A stretch of DNA of 64,000 bases from the NCBI RefSeq assembly GCF_009914755.1, contig NC_060933.1. The stretch is one strand, 5' to 3'. Numbering within the stretch: position 1 is the first letter of the stretch; each line of letters opens with the position of its first letter. The notes beneath the pieces were generated by a model. It was not told the origin of the DNA and did no database searches. It saw only the letters and a list, made by a program, of their open reading frames with translations. Made by a program: the position numbers and the translations under genes. This document shows positions 26,951 to 44,074 of the stretch, piece after piece. Source of the stretch: the human T2T-CHM13v2.0 reference genome, Homo sapiens.

Positions 26951-27261
26951 CTGACGCCTACATTTTAGCTCCATGAGATCCATTTTGGACATCTGACTCC
27001 AGTGCTGTAAGATAAGAAATCTGTGTTGTTTTAAGTTCCTCTTGTTAGAATAGGTAGTTAGGCAGACATGAGCAGGGCAGGAGATGCCCCACACACCCAC
27101 CAGGAATGTCAGGTGATGATCAGATGACAGTCAGCTGGTTGTTACACTGTCTCTCTAAAATAATAATTGGTTGTAGCTGGTGCCAGGCAAAGGCAATCTC
27201 CCAATAGATAGAAAACACCTGAAGCTGGTGATCAGCCACTTCCCAATAATATCGGGCAAGT

Positions 27262-27564
<303 letters not shown>

Positions 27565-27924
27565 GATGAGGCAAGTGGCTCAAGCATGTGAACTAAGAGG
27601 CAAAATGGCAGAATTTAACTGGCATGTGACCTTCCTCTGAGAACTCTCAACTGGTAAGAGAAAAACACCTCAAGTGAGCATGTGTACAATTTTAGTAAAC
27701 ACACTGTGCATACGGCCCCTCCCAAATGCTGGCAGGCCACTGTGCATGTGAACAGCCTGCCCCAAGGGAAAATCAAGGGAGGAGAGATGCAACCGCCAGG
27801 AAGCATGACAACGTGTAAACAAGGTCAGAGGTCAAAGGTCAGACAGCCCACTTGGATTCCTCAAGTCACCCGCTTGGTTCTCTTCCAAGTGTACTTTACT
27901 TCCTTTTGTTCCTGCTCTAAAACA

Positions 27925-28064
27925 TTTTTGTTTGTTTTTTAAGAGATAGATCTCGCTATGTTGACCATGCTGGTCTCTGGTCTCGTACTCCTGGCCTCAA
28001 GCGATGGTCCCATCTCAGCCTCCCAAAGTGCTGGGATTACAGGGATGAGCCACCACACCTGGCC
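27925..28064 (-). mobile_element. FLAM/left-monomer Alu
   Basis: Single monomer; TSD CTGCTCTAAAAC. Confidence 0.87.
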
Positions 28065-28534
28065 TTCTGCTCTAAAACTTTTTAATAAACTCACTCCTGC
28101 TCAAAAACTTGCCTCCATCTCTCACTCAGCCTTATGCCCCTTGGACAAATTCTTTCCTTGAAAGAGGCTAAGAATCTGTAGTTGCTGCAGACCCATACAG
28201 ATTCGAGGCTGTTAACACTCTGTGACAAGTTGTTGCAGCAGCCATAGGAGGCTAACCTGAGGACCATTTCTTTCCTTGTCACGCTTATAATGGGCAAAGA
28301 AAAGGACCCACACTGGGCTCAACCACCTGCCACATTCTGGACCCTGTGCTGGCTCCTCTACCTGCATGACTCCAGCAGGTAAGAAATGCTCTTCCCCTCT
28401 GAGCAGTAAGGAAACTGAATCTCAGATAGAGTAAGTGGCTTTTGTAAACTCACCCAGGTAGTAAGAGGGGGAGGTCTGTTCTGTGCCACATGGGGCAAGG
28501 GGTGAGTTTAGCAAAGGGCCAGTGTGGGGCAGAA

Positions 28535-28685
28535 CAAGAACAGGACTGGAGTGAGGAGACCTACGTCCTAGTCATGGCTCCATACCAACTTGCTGTGGGA
28601 CTTCAGGCAAGCTACCACCCTCTCTGGGCCTCAGTTTCCCCATCATTAAAGTGAGAGAATTGTACTAGGGTACTTTCAGTCCTGA
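28535..28685 (+). mobile_element. MIR
   Basis: CTCTCTGGGCCTCAGTTTCCCCATC core. Confidence 0.75.
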
Positions 28686-28937
28686 TGATCAGTGACTCTA
28701 AGGCAATATATATACATATTTAAACTCAACGGGGTGTTTAAGACTCCTGGCACAACAAAGAAGGAAGGAAACTCTGCCCTCTCTTACCCCTCCTCCGCTT
28801 CTCAGCCTTCATGCCAGATTTTTTTCGCCTGGGGGCCAAATAGTTGGGAGGAGGCCCAACTGTGTCTGAGATTGCTGAGGGAGAAGTAGGTTGAGTAGTT
28901 AGGGAGGACATACATTTTTAAGAAATTATCTTCTTGT

Positions 28938-29182
28938 TTTTGAGACAAGGTCTTGCTCTATCACCCAGGCTGGAGTGTGGTGGCATGATCATAGCTCACT
29001 GCAGCCTCAACTCCTAGGCTCAAGCAATCTTGCTGCCTGAGCCTCCCAAGTAGCTGGAGTAGCTGGGATGATAGTGAACACCACTATGTCTAGCTTTTTT
29101 TTTTTTTTTTTTTTTAACTTTAAAGTGGAGACAAAGTCTTGCTATGTTGCCCAAGCTGGTCTGGAACTCCTCAACTCAAGCA
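28938..29182 (-). mobile_element. AluJ, partial
   Basis: GATCATAGCTCACTGCAGCCTCAACTCCTAGGCTCAAG (J-type). Confidence 0.88.
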
Positions 29183-30224
29183 GACATACAATTAGATCCA
29201 GGAGAGATGGTGCAGGGGAAGCAAAGACCCTGGGGAGACATCCTTAAGGTTCCACCTTGGGTGGTTCTGGCTCTGTGGGGGTGACAGGCAGGCTCGTTTT
29301 CACTGGCAGAGTCGTGTACCCAGGAAATGACCTGATTCCTTTCTAATACTTGCTCCACGGGGTCTGGTCAGTCTTCACAGCACCAGGCAGACAAAGGGCC
29401 TGGAAGTAGAGGCAGGAGGTCCCAGATCTACCGACCTGCCAAGTCACAGCCTCTCTGGGCTGCTGGAGAATCTGTAAGCAAGACCGAATTGTAAAAGTAA
29501 AGCACAGCACAGCTTTGAGACCCAGAAGCCGTTGCTGTGAACTTACTGTTTTTGAGCTGCATTCTGGAGAATTGCAGCTCCAAGTTTATTTTACCCATTA
29601 TGTATCAAAGAAGACCCCATATAGTTAATGTTGCCATCCGCCCTTGGACCCGGGTCTCATGTTTAGACCCTGGCATGGGCTGCTGCCTGGCAGTCGTCTC
29701 GTGCCCTGGGGGCTTGTTAGACTTGTGGGAGCTCCCAATCCGTGTGCACACTGATGTGTGACAGCTTGACTGTAGAGGGCCCAGCTGTGCCCTCCCCACA
29801 GGGCAGAGGGCCGACCCAGAGCCCACACTCTCTGGACCTCACTCCTGTACTCTCCACCCTGGGATTTCCTGCTCAAAGGGACCAAGCCTGCTTCCAGGAC
29901 CTGTATTGGCCTCTTCCCCCAAGCCATGGTGCCCCAACCCCAAGGGATGGCCAAAGAGTGACTGGGGGAGTTGGCAAGGGGCTGTTGCGGGTGTGGGGTG
30001 GAGCTTGGACGTGAGGGCTTGAAGGTCCTTGCTTGTGTGCACGAGACTCCTCACATTGCAGGATGGAGTTGTGGGGAGGGTGGAAAGAGAAGAGTACAGA
30101 CACTGTCGGCTACAAGCGTTCTCTTTTACTTGTCCTGGGTCCTAAAATTGTCAGAGTGGCCTATGCGATTTTATAAAATAATTTTTCTAGGTCTGTGGGA
30201 ATCTACAATTCCACTGTTAAGGTG

Positions 30225-31170
<946 letters not shown>

Positions 31171-31317
31171 CTAAAGGGGCTTTTAGTGACACCATGACTG
31201 TCTTTGCCTACCTGGGGAGGATACCAGACTGGTCACAGGGTCTCCTGAGGAGGGGGCTTGGGATAGGGTGACTTGGAGGCAGAGGTGCAGTTAACACCCT
31301 TGCTGACCTCTAGAAAC

Positions 31318-31830
31318 TATCAGGACTCTTTTAGCTGTAAGTCACTGGAAACCAGACCCAAAGTCAATGTATTGGCTCTCATATCCCTGCACTGTCAAAC
31401 TTCAGGATTAACTTGATATAGGCGCTCAAGTAATGTCAGGATGCACCTCTGTTTCTGTCTCTCAGTTCCTCCTCCTCAAGGTTGACTCATTTTCAGACAG
31501 GCTTTTCCCTTTTGGTCACAAAATGGCTTTTAGCAGTCCCTAAGCCTGTGTCTTTTTACGTTCAGACCCTGCAGAAAAGGATAGAAATCTTTGCCTAGCA
31601 TTTTCCAGCAGAAATTCTGATGTTTGCTATTGGACCACCTTACGTTAAGGTGTCACTTAAACCCCATCACCATGGCCCAAGAAGTACAATGTCCACTGCT
31701 AGGCCAGAGAGTAGAAAAGTGCCCAGAACAACTAGACTAAGAGTGAGGTGCTGGACCCCATAGGAAGATCCTGGTTGTGCCTTGTGAGGAGCTAATATTA
31801 TGGAGGCAAAAAATAAACATTCACTCTATC
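31318..31830 (-). mobile_element. Old MLT1 (L/K-like) LTR
   Basis: CAGGACTCTTTTAGCTGTAAG, GTATTGGCTC, GGTCACAAAATGGC motifs. Confidence 0.6.
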
Positions 31831-34226
31831 TTCCTTTTCCAAGAGTGTTCTCTATAAAAAGGAAAGAAGGGAACTTTCCAACAGCTTAAGGCAAGTTTGT
31901 AGTGAAAAATGATAAATTCACATTTATTTTTTTAAAGGAACACATATGATATAGGACTTTAAAATGTTTATTAAAAAGGAAGTGAGAAAGCTCACTGAGT
32001 GTGCAGAAATATGCCTGCATCTCAAACTATGAACCAGCATTTATATCCAAGCTTCCTGGTGGCCAAGGCAAAGAGAAACCTTACTAACAGAGCTCTTGTT
32101 GGTTGAAAGAAACAGATGCACCGAGCACTAATTCTGCGTCCGAGTAAGAGCTATCACATATCAAAATGAAAATGCCATTGTTGTGGTTTTTATGGAAGAT
32201 ACTAAAATATTGTCCTTCTTACAGACTTCCTCCTGCTAAGTGGAAAACATAGCTTGGTTCAGTTGAGGAAGAAAACATTTTGCAGTCCCACACCTGCTTT
32301 TGCTGATTTATTCAGATTCCTTGCTAAGAGAATCAGGGGGATGACTGGATGATCACCAGGTCCCCAGAGCTTCTTGGAACACAGAGGGGTTCTCTGTCGG
32401 TGACTTGTGCAAGGGAGAGGTCTCGTTAGTAATCAGTCAAGCAGTAGTGAGAGCAAGTGCAGGGAGCCTGCATTGATTTCTAACACATCAGACAAAATGG
32501 CGCCCAGCAGCTAGCGTTTGCAGCCTGGGAGAGGCTTGCCAAATTGGATTAGCGAACCAAATGTCTGCTCTATGGCTGAGAGACAGGCGAGGCGCTTATT
32601 AAATAGTCCACAGGCAGGGATGTTTCGAGTACTTAATCAACTCTTCATTTCCCTCCTCCAGGGAACAGGGAAGTCTCAGTGCCACCCACGGTGAAAAATT
32701 ACCAATCCCTGCAGGATCTCTCTTTGCCATTTTCACTGCAGTATGTGCACAAATCATAGGAAAGATCCAAGGAAGACAGTGCAAGAATATTTGGCCATGG
32801 GGCACTGGAGACTGCATAAGTCTGCAGGCAGGAGGCCAGGGTGCTTGCAAGTCCTGCCTCCCACCTGCTCACTGTGAAACCCCGGCTCAGTCCGTTCCCT
32901 TCTCCAGGACCCTTCAAGGTTCTCCCTGCTCAGACAGACTAGAAACAGTTCTCTGGAGATGCTTCCTTAACAGAGGCAGCAGCCAAAGCGGCTTATGCAG
33001 CCAGTGGCTTTTCCTAAGGACCTGCTCTGTGTGCAGGATCCTTTGTGTGTGTGGTGGGGGAGACAGGCCGGTGCCTCCCTATTTTCTCTTTATGGCTTTA
33101 ATTCAGCCTCTCCACCTCTACCTCCTGCCTCCAGGGTGGAAAGCTCCCTTCTATCCTCTCATCAGCTTCCTTTCCTCTTTTCTCACTTGAGAAAATTTAA
33201 TTTTAGAGCCAGAGAGTACCAAAGAGGCCTTTGGAGCTGGCCTCTGTTACAGTCTTTGAGGCTCTTTCTTGCACCGTTTGGCAAACTGAGGCCCAGACAC
33301 AGGAAGGGCCTTGCCCAAGGTCCTATGATGAGTTTGCAGTGAAGCCAGGGCTGATCTTCCCCAGTGCACTTGCTTCCCTCTCCTTGAGGAACAGGAAGAG
33401 CCTGGGCCAATTGAGGTCAAAGTCACAGTGTTAATAGGAGTGATGGGCTTTCATACAAAGCCTAACATGGGATCCTTCCCGGACAATCCCCCGTTTTTCC
33501 TTCTATGAGAAAGGTGGGCTTAATCAAGGATGGCATCCTTGGACAAGAAAAGTGGGGAACAAGGGAGGCACAATGCCATCTAAAAAGCAACCCTGGGAGA
33601 GATTGTACCAAAGAATAGAGAGGAATGTACATTCCCTTTGCAGGATTCTGTGTGCAAAGGGTGTGTTTTCTCCCAGGAGTGTTTCCTATAATTAGAGCAA
33701 GCTGCCCACCCCCTCCCCCCACAGCAGCAGAGGGCTGCATGATGAGAACTGGTGGATCTAGTTCACTTGGAGGAGGCATCACAAGGGTTTTCCATACCAC
33801 TCCTTATTAAGACAGCCAAGGATAAACATTAAAGCAAGGAAGATAAAGTCCTTGGAAAAAACCCAAACAAACAAATCTGCAAACGTTTTGTGAAGATTTG
33901 GGACCCTGTCACTTTAATCCTTCTATGATCCATCAATGCTGATTCTAATCCGGATCTTATCACCACACTTCAGTAGAATGCTTCTTTCAAGCTGGACAGA
34001 GCATTCTTTTTTTCAGGTTCCAGCATTTCTACCTTTGATGTTCCTGCTAACTGGGGCCCTCACTGATGAGATGCCGGGTGCAGCTTCCACTTGGGAACCT
34101 CTCTGACTCCACCAGGATGAGAAACAAAGAGTTGGAGAGGAGAATGGAGGCAGGTTTCCCCTCAGGCTCTGGCTGCTTCTCCTCCTGCATCAGAAGATCA
34201 AAGGGAGGGAAGAGTGAGGCCTCAGC

Positions 34227-34267
34227 GGGGGTGGGGGTGGGGGTGGGGGTGGGGTGGGGTGGGGTGG
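34227..34267 (+). repeat. (GGGGGT/GGGGT)n G-quadruplex-forming tract
   Basis: Seven runs of 4-5 G with single-T loops. Confidence 0.9.
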
Positions 34268-34390
34268 CCCTGCTCTGTGTGCTTCCCGGTAGGAGCCAAT
34301 TTCTTCCCTAATTTATTGACCACCCTGACTCTTTCCTCATCTTTCTGATTAATAGTTTAGTTGGGGGTGCTAGGAAATTTACCTCCAGTT

Positions 34391-34404
34391 GTTACCATAG
34401 CAAC
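34391..34404. promoter_or_regulatory. RFX X-box motif (function untested)
   Basis: GTTACCATAGCAAC fits the GTTNCCATRGYAAC consensus. Confidence 0.5.
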
Positions 34405-35676
34405 CAGCTCTCTTGTACAGGATCCCATAGACAATGCATTTTGGGTCTTCGGCAGGAGCTGGGATTTACGAGGATCTCAGCATGTACCAGGGCAGAATGG
34501 GCAAGATGATGTTCCACTGATATGCTTAAGAATTATGCGTGGGGATAGGAAATGGTCTCGCCACACGGTAAATTGGGAAGGATGGTTTTAGTGCCTTTCC
34601 TTTCCTCTTGGCTTTGTCTCTCTCTTACAAGAGACCCCTCCCCCACAACATTCTCTCTTAGGTCCTCGGAAAACTAGTTCCTCACAGGACAAAGGCAGGG
34701 CCAGTTTGGTGGAAGTCATGGGGAGGCTCATTCCCTTTCAGCAAAAGGAAGAATTTGTAGTGGGTAGAACCAGCTGAAGATACAGTTGGCAGTCTTGGGA
34801 AGTAGTGATCCCTGGAGGTGTGTGAACAGGGGCCTGTCAGGGGCTCTAGAAAATATTGTATAGAGGACCGAGTGAGGGGTGGCATGTGTGGAACCTCTGG
34901 GTCCTTTTCATCCCTGGGAAGGGAGTTGCACTGTACCTGCTTGTGAGGCCAGCTCTCACCTCTCCCAACTAAGCAGAATATCAGATTTGGACATTTCAGT
35001 TCCCTGGGCCCCTGGGATGTCTTTGGTGTCCTCATAAACTCAATACCCAGTACACTGCCTGGCCCTTGGGTGAATGAATAAATTCCTTAGGCCTTTATTA
35101 AGTGTGTGGACACAACTTACTAACTGTTTATGTGTTCTTTTATTATGATAATAAAAATATACATTTCAAAGCATTGTCATATAACAACTGGAACTGGAAA
35201 TGGAAAAAAATTTTGTTGCTTTTAAAACCCTATCCCAGGTGCTGGACTCATTCCCTTATTACAGTTGAGGCATAAAAGTGTTTGTCTTCCACAAACCATG
35301 TGGAAATGGTGGGGAGGAACTGAAAGCTCTCCTTGGACAAACCCCTTAACCTCCCTGTGCCTCTGTTTTCTCATCTTTGAAATGGGGGTAATGGAAACCA
35401 TCAGGAATGATCAATTGGCTTTCACTTATGAGCTGACTGTGCTTGATGGGGAGATGCTTGGCTAAAAAGTGTGTAGCAATAGATTAACAACATCTGCCCT
35501 GGACACCAGATGTGGGGAGGATGGCACATGTGCCATATATTTGCCGTCCTTGGACCAGATGGTCTCAGAGAACCCTGATGGCTCTAGGTGCCAAGATGTG
35601 ACGATTCTAGGCCACCTTAGTTGTTCTCTGCCTTCAAACCAACCTTCTTGGCCTTTCTTTACTCTCAAGCCTGTAA

Positions 35677-36126
<450 letters not shown>

Positions 36127-36409
36127 TGACCTATGTAAAAGACCTCAGATTTGTCTAGAAGCAGGGAGATATCCAGGTTGGTTTGTAAATGATACAGATG
36201 GGAAATGCAGAATTTAGGCTCCAAGGAACACCTGGCCTGCAGCAGCTTGCATAAGAGCTATAGGCAAACAAGAGGCTGCTGAAATCTTTTGAAAAGACCT
36301 GCTGCAAGGAGTGGATGGAATGCATCCCACAGGGATTTATTCTGGGCACACAGCTGCACTCTAGGGCTGAGATTACTCTTTGGAAGCAAAAGACTGCATC
36401 CCTCAAGGG

Positions 36410-36740
36410 AGAGAGACCTGGCCGGGCCTTCTCAGGTACAACACTCTCTCCAGTATTTCCCCAATCTCTCCTCTAGCTCTGTCTGCTTCCACTCTCCCCA
36501 CCCACCCCTGGCTACAGTCACGCTGGCCTCTGTACCATTCCCATGTCTGCCGCGTGCTTTCTTAACCCTATGCCTTTGCCAGTGCTATTCCAGCCACCTG
36601 TAATGATCTTCTCCACCCAGCAGACTCCTATTCATGTTCCAAGATTGAGCCACAGAGTAATCTCTGAGATGCCTTCTCAACCCTCTGAACCACATAGAGC
36701 CCTGCATCTCCTATCCCTTTCTCTACGTCTATACTGGCAA
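36410..36740 (+). mobile_element. L2 fragment
   Basis: Pyrimidine-rich; CACGCTGGCCTC...GCCTTTGCCAGTGCT...ACTCCTATTCAT. Confidence 0.55.
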
Positions 36741-37072
36741 TGTTGGCTGACTTCTTGGTGAATCTCTACTTTTCTTGGTTCAGGGTAAGCCTGGACACAA
36801 TGGAGTGAAACATCCCAGAATATAATCATTTTGTGACATAAAACAAAGATGGCTCAATTCTCTGATGAGAGCAGAGACTTGTTTCCATAAGAACCCTCTC
36901 TGGGAGCTCATTTCTCAGCTGAGGGCTGCTTGATGCTATAGGATGGATTCCTTTGGCTCATGCTCAGGCCTTTCATGGGGGCTGGGCTGAGGTCAGGCAA
37001 TGGCCAGGTGGGCCCCATGGCTGGGCCTGACCTCATGAAAGAGCTTATATTTAATCTTTTGATGTTATCTCC

Positions 37073-37534
37073 TGTCTTTACCCATTTTTGTGTTGCTATA
37101 AAGGAATACCTGAGGCTTGGTAATTTATTTTAAAAAGAGGTTAATTTGGCTCATGGTTCTGCAGGATGTACAAGAAACATCGTGCTTCCTTCCCCCTCTC
37201 TGGTTTCCTCTCTAGCCAGGTGATATCTGCACACTCAGGCTCCCCTCTACCTTCTGCCATGAGAAAACCTGAAGCCCTCACCAGAAGCAGATGCTGCTGC
37301 CCTGTGTGGGCAGAGATCACATGGTGGGGCAGGAGGTACCAGGCTCTTTTTAATAACCAGTTCTCCAGGAAACTAATACAGCAAGAACTCACTCATTACC
37401 ATGAGGATGGCACCAAGTCATTCATGAGGAATCTGCCCTCATAACTCAAACACCTCCCACTAGGCCCCACCTCCAACACTAGGGATCAAATTGCAACATG
37501 AGATTTTGAGGGGTCAAACAGATAGAACTATAGC
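37073..37534 (-). mobile_element. MSTB-type LTR with internal inversion
   Basis: Colinear with the other MST copies except 37186-37296, which is reversed. Confidence 0.87.
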
Positions 37535-37768
37535 ACCTCCAAAGGAAGTTATATGTCCCATCAGAGAGGTACATTCACCAGATCAAAGTAGGAAATGTTC
37601 ACCAAAGTAACATTTGCATCCCATTACTGAACCACACCATTTGTAGTACCTTATAAATTAATATGCTTTTAAAATACATACTGGAATTATCTTGTGATTA
37701 GCAATATCTCATTGCCTTCTTTTTTTATATTGAAAGTGCTCATTTGATAAATGTAAAGATTTAAAATA

Positions 37769-38106
37769 CAGTCATGCACCACATAACAACATTTGGTCAA
37801 TGAAGGACTGCATGCTTGATGGTGGTCTCGCAAGATTATAATCCTGTATTTTTACTGTACCTTTTCTATGTTTAGATATGCAAATACTTACCACTCTGTT
37901 ACAGTTGCCTGCAGTGTTCAGTACAGTCACATGCTGTACAGGTTTGTAGCCTAGGCGCAATAGGCTATACCATATAGCCTAGGCACATAGTTCTGCCATC
38001 TATGTTTATGTAAGTACACTCTATGATGTTCACACAACAACAAAGTCACCTAAGGATGAATTTCTCAGAACATATCCCACACCGTTAAGCGATGCATGAC
38101 TGACTG
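37769..38106. mobile_element. Tigger3a/MER7A MITE
   Basis: TA-CAGTCATGCA...TGCATGACTG(ACTG)-TA termini. Confidence 0.88.
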
Positions 38107-38239
38107 TATATCACAATTTTGGTAATTGTTTCTTCATATCTTCATTTATCAGTATGTTAGGCACCTTAAAAATTGGAAGTGGCCCAGGCTTCTCTCAGCC
38201 TCTGAGAGGCCCCACTTGTCTAGGAGTATGTTTGCAAAC

Positions 38240-39788
<1,549 letters not shown>

Positions 39789-40475
39789 ATTCCCCCTTTG
39801 TAAACAAAAAACAGCGCCTTTAATTTATTCCCTGGGTGCCCCAGTGAGCAAGTGGGGATAAATTGTGTTCTTTTCCACTCTCTGGTTCAAGCCTATTTTT
39901 AGATCTGGTCTAATAAAATGAATTTCACACCTGGGTTACTCACCCACTAACAAACACTTTGTTCTTATTGATGCCTAGGACAAATGCCGAGGCAGCCTAG
40001 ATTTGTAGTTCCTTTACCTCTGAGTACAATAATTGTTAATTATTTGCTTTATTTGGTTCTGTTGCATTTGCCAATAGTCAATTACCTATGTTAGGTTTTC
40101 TTGTGATCAGTGGGGCTTATCCAATATTGCAGCTCAGGTCCGTTTTTGTCTCAGAGATGTCTATTCCAAGATAAAGAAAACTCTTGTTCACTAGTTTATT
40201 GAATATCTGTTTATTTCAAAGCCTTCTTATGCACTGGTGCAAGCACCAAAGTGCTCAGGCTGAGTTCTTAGAATTGAACAAAAGGCCAAAGATAAGCTTT
40301 CCTTTTGTGTAATCTGGCTAAATCCCAGTACATAGAATAGATAGAAAGAGCAGGTTGTGAGATCCTAGGGCATTTGTTCAGTTCCTGCCTGAATCTCTGA
40401 AACTGCCTTATCCCCTGTAATCCACCCTCCACATAGCTACCTAGTGACCTAATGCAGAGACCTGATCACATGGCT

Positions 40476-40900
40476 TGTGGTAGAGTGCATGGATGGACCT
40501 GACTCTCCAGTCCTCCGTATAGCCATGAACTTTGTCATATGACTTGGCAGGAGCTCTCACTGGTTCCCCTCCTCTTGAATCTAGACTGGGTCATGTGACT
40601 TTGGTGGACAGAATGAGGTGGAAATGACAACGTGCCAGTTCTGAGCCCAAACCTCAAGACACCTTGCATGTTTCTTTCCGTGCTCTTGTGCCTCTGTCAT
40701 TGCCATGAGCAAGACATGCCCAGGCTGGCCCAGCAGTTCCAGGAGGAAGACAAGACATATATGGAGAAGAGCCAAGTCACTTCAGCAAGGCCCAGCCCAA
40801 ATCAGCTAAGCCCCAGCCAACCCCAGATGCATAAGCCATAAATGCTGATTGTTGCTTTAAGCCACTGACATTGAGGTTGCTTATTACATGGCGGAAGTTG
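40476..40900 (+). mobile_element. MLT1 (G/H-like) LTR inserted in L2
   Basis: TGTGGTAGA start; GTGCCAGTTCTGAGCC; TTTAAGCCACTGA. Confidence 0.8.
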
Positions 40901-40904
40901 ATGC

Positions 40905-41240
40905 CTCATTCTTCTATTTAAACTCCAGCACTGGTCCACTGATCCCCTGTGGCTTGAGGCATAAAATCCAGGTGAAATCTTCCACCATCTTGGCCCTGCT
41001 ACTTTTCTCTTGGTGCCTCCATATCTCCCTTTTTACTTTATACCTTAGCAATGACCCCAAATGACTTGTAGCTCTTCAAATGCATCATGCTGGTTCACCT
41101 TTCTATGCCTTTGCACCTGGTATGCCCTCTGCCTGGAATGCCATTCTCCTCTCCTTTGTCTGCCTAGGAAATTCCTATTCATCTGTCAAAACCCAGCTCA
41201 GGCATTGTATCAATGTACTCTCCTCTCCCCTGAAGTAACT
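40905..41240 (+). mobile_element. L2 fragment
   Basis: GCCTTTGCAC...CCCTCTGCCTGGAATGC...TTCCTATTCATC...CCCAGCTCA. Confidence 0.7.
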
Positions 41241-41378
41241 CATACCCACTTTTCTGAGATGTTTGGATGCCATATATCTATATCTATATATCTATCTGTA
41301 TGTATATCTATAAATCTATTGTTACCATATATGACATGGTATTATGAAGTATGTTCATTTCCTTTTAGTTTTGCCCAT

Positions 41379-42090
41379 TGTATTAGTCCATTCTCACATG
41401 GTTATAAAGAAACACCTGAGACTGAGTCATTTATAAAGAAAAGAAGTTTAGGCTGGGCATGGTGGCTCACACCTGTAATCCTAGCACTTTGGGAAGCTGA
41501 GGCAGGTGAATCACTTGAGGTCAGGAGATCGAAACCAGCCTGGCCAACATGGTGAAACCCCATCTCTACTAAACATACAAAACATTAGCCAGGCATGGTA
41601 GTGGGGCCTGTAGTCCCAGCTACTTGGGAGGCTGAGGGAAGAGAATCACTTGAACCCAGGAGGTGGAGGTTGCAGTGAGCCAAGATCGCACCCTGCACTC
41701 CAGCCTCAAAAACAAATGAACAAACAAACAAAAAAGACGTTTAATTAGCTCACGGTTCTTCAGGCTGTACAGGAAGCATGATGCTGGCATCTGCTTGGCT
41801 CCTGGAAAGGCCTCAGGAAACTTACAAACATGTCAGAAGGCAAAGGGGGAGCAGGCACTTCACATGATGAAAGCAGAAGCAGCAGAGTTGAGGGGGTGCC
41901 ACACACTTTTAAGCAACCAGATCTCACAAGAACTCACTCACTGCAAGGAGAGCACATAGGAGTTGTTGCTAAACAATTCATAAGAAATCCATTTCCGTGA
42001 TCCAGTCGCCTCCCACCAGGCCCCATCTCCAACACAGGGACTGTAAGTTAACATGACATTTGGGTAAGGAGACACAACCAGACTATATCA
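41379..42090 (-). mobile_element. MSTA LTR with Alu insertion
   Basis: TGTATTAGTCCATTCTCAC...CTATATCA; perfect 5-bp TSD CCCAT. Confidence 0.9.
41451..41735 (+). mobile_element. AluS with short 3' deletion
   Basis: Dimer; flanks AAAAGA(A/C)GTTTA. Confidence 0.92.
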
Positions 42091-43403
42091 CCCATATTTC
42101 CCACCTATAGACTGATTTACTTTAGGACAAGGGCAGCTTTAATGTAAATGTACTCTTAGTGCCTAACCCAGTGCCTGACACCAATAATGCTTGATGATTA
42201 AATGAAGGAGGACCTGAAAAGAGGGAGCATCTGAATTGGGCCTTGACCAAGTGGTAGGATTTGGACACAAAGAGATGGGCAAAGGAACTCCAGAGAGAAG
42301 GTACAGTGTGAGTAAATTTCCAGTACAGGGGCTGGAAAACAGGAATGACATGATTTCATTTTGGCCCAAGCTTTTGATAGAGAGTAGCAAGAGCTATAGT
42401 GATATGTGATTAAAAAAAAAAAAAAAAAAAGAACTCCAAAAACATATGTAAAATGAATATTATCTTTCCAGAAGACTCATCCACTAGGAAGAGATGCAAG
42501 GCAATGTCTTACCCCAAAGCAAGATAATCTATGAATGGGTAGCTGATGAGATGATGGGGCAGAGCGAATACCTCCAGGACCCTCAGGGCCCTGCTGCTGT
42601 GTGCATCTGCCTCCTGTGAGGCACTTCTTCACTTGTAAACTCTTTCCAGAGTGTTACAGGCATTGAGAAGTCCAGCATCTCAGGGGTTAACTAGAGGCCT
42701 GTCTCTGTACCCTTGGGTGGTAGAAAATGACCCTGGATACTGTCAGGTGTAGCTTGGCCCCTGCTAGGAGGCAAATCCCACTGCTTTCTGGCTGGATGAA
42801 TCTTGTCCCTTGAGGAATACTTGCAAAAATGGTGTTGCAATATAAAGCAGGGATGCTTAGTCCTCCATCCTTGGTCCCCACCACACAGAGAAAGGAAGGG
42901 GCTGGCCAGGGGTTTCTCCCCGCACAGGCCTTTCCCCTACCAGCTGCCTCTGCTGTTGCAGAGCTCTTTAAAATATTTAAACATCTTCATTATGGCGGGT
43001 TAGCCTTTTAAAGATTAACACTCCTCAATTATAAAAGCAGAGATATGTATCTTTGCTATGTCACCCCATGCCACCTTGTACTGGCCACTTCATGGCTTTT
43101 ATCCCTTGGATCTATGATTGCCTAGTTACTTTCTGTCACCCCTACTGGGCCACAGGCTCCAGATGGCAGATAATTGGCCTCCACAGTTCACCATAAGATC
43201 CCCAAGGCCAGGCACTGGGCCTGGCCTTGGAAAATGCTTAATAGACATAATAGACAGTTGTTGAATAAATAAACTTGTAAAGAGTTCAGAAAAGAGAAGC
43301 TATGCTTGCCTACTACCCCAACAACCAGAGGGACCACTGCTAACATTGTCATAATTTTCCTTCCATGTCTTCTTTTATGCATGCATATATTCTATACTTT
43401 TGA

Positions 43404-43719
<316 letters not shown>

Positions 43720-44074
43720 TGAAGCTATACTTCTTAATGGCATTTCTGCCATGTCATGAAAATTATTCACAAATACCATTTTTAATGGCTGCTCGATTTC
43801 CCATCATATGGAGACACCCTATTGTTGACTATTTATGTTGCATCCAATTTTTCACAGTTCTCCCAGAATAAGTATCTGGGTTGGGAAGGCATCCTTTTGC
43901 ATTGGTTTTTGCTTATTTTCAAATGATTTTATTAAGCTAGACTTCCAGGAGAGGATTAAAATATATGAGCACTGTAAAAACTCCTGGAACATCTTGTTAG
44001 CACTGCTGCCCAGAAAGACTGGACCCGTGTCCCTGCTAGGTTTTATGTCAGAGTGAGCTGAGAAACTCAATGAG

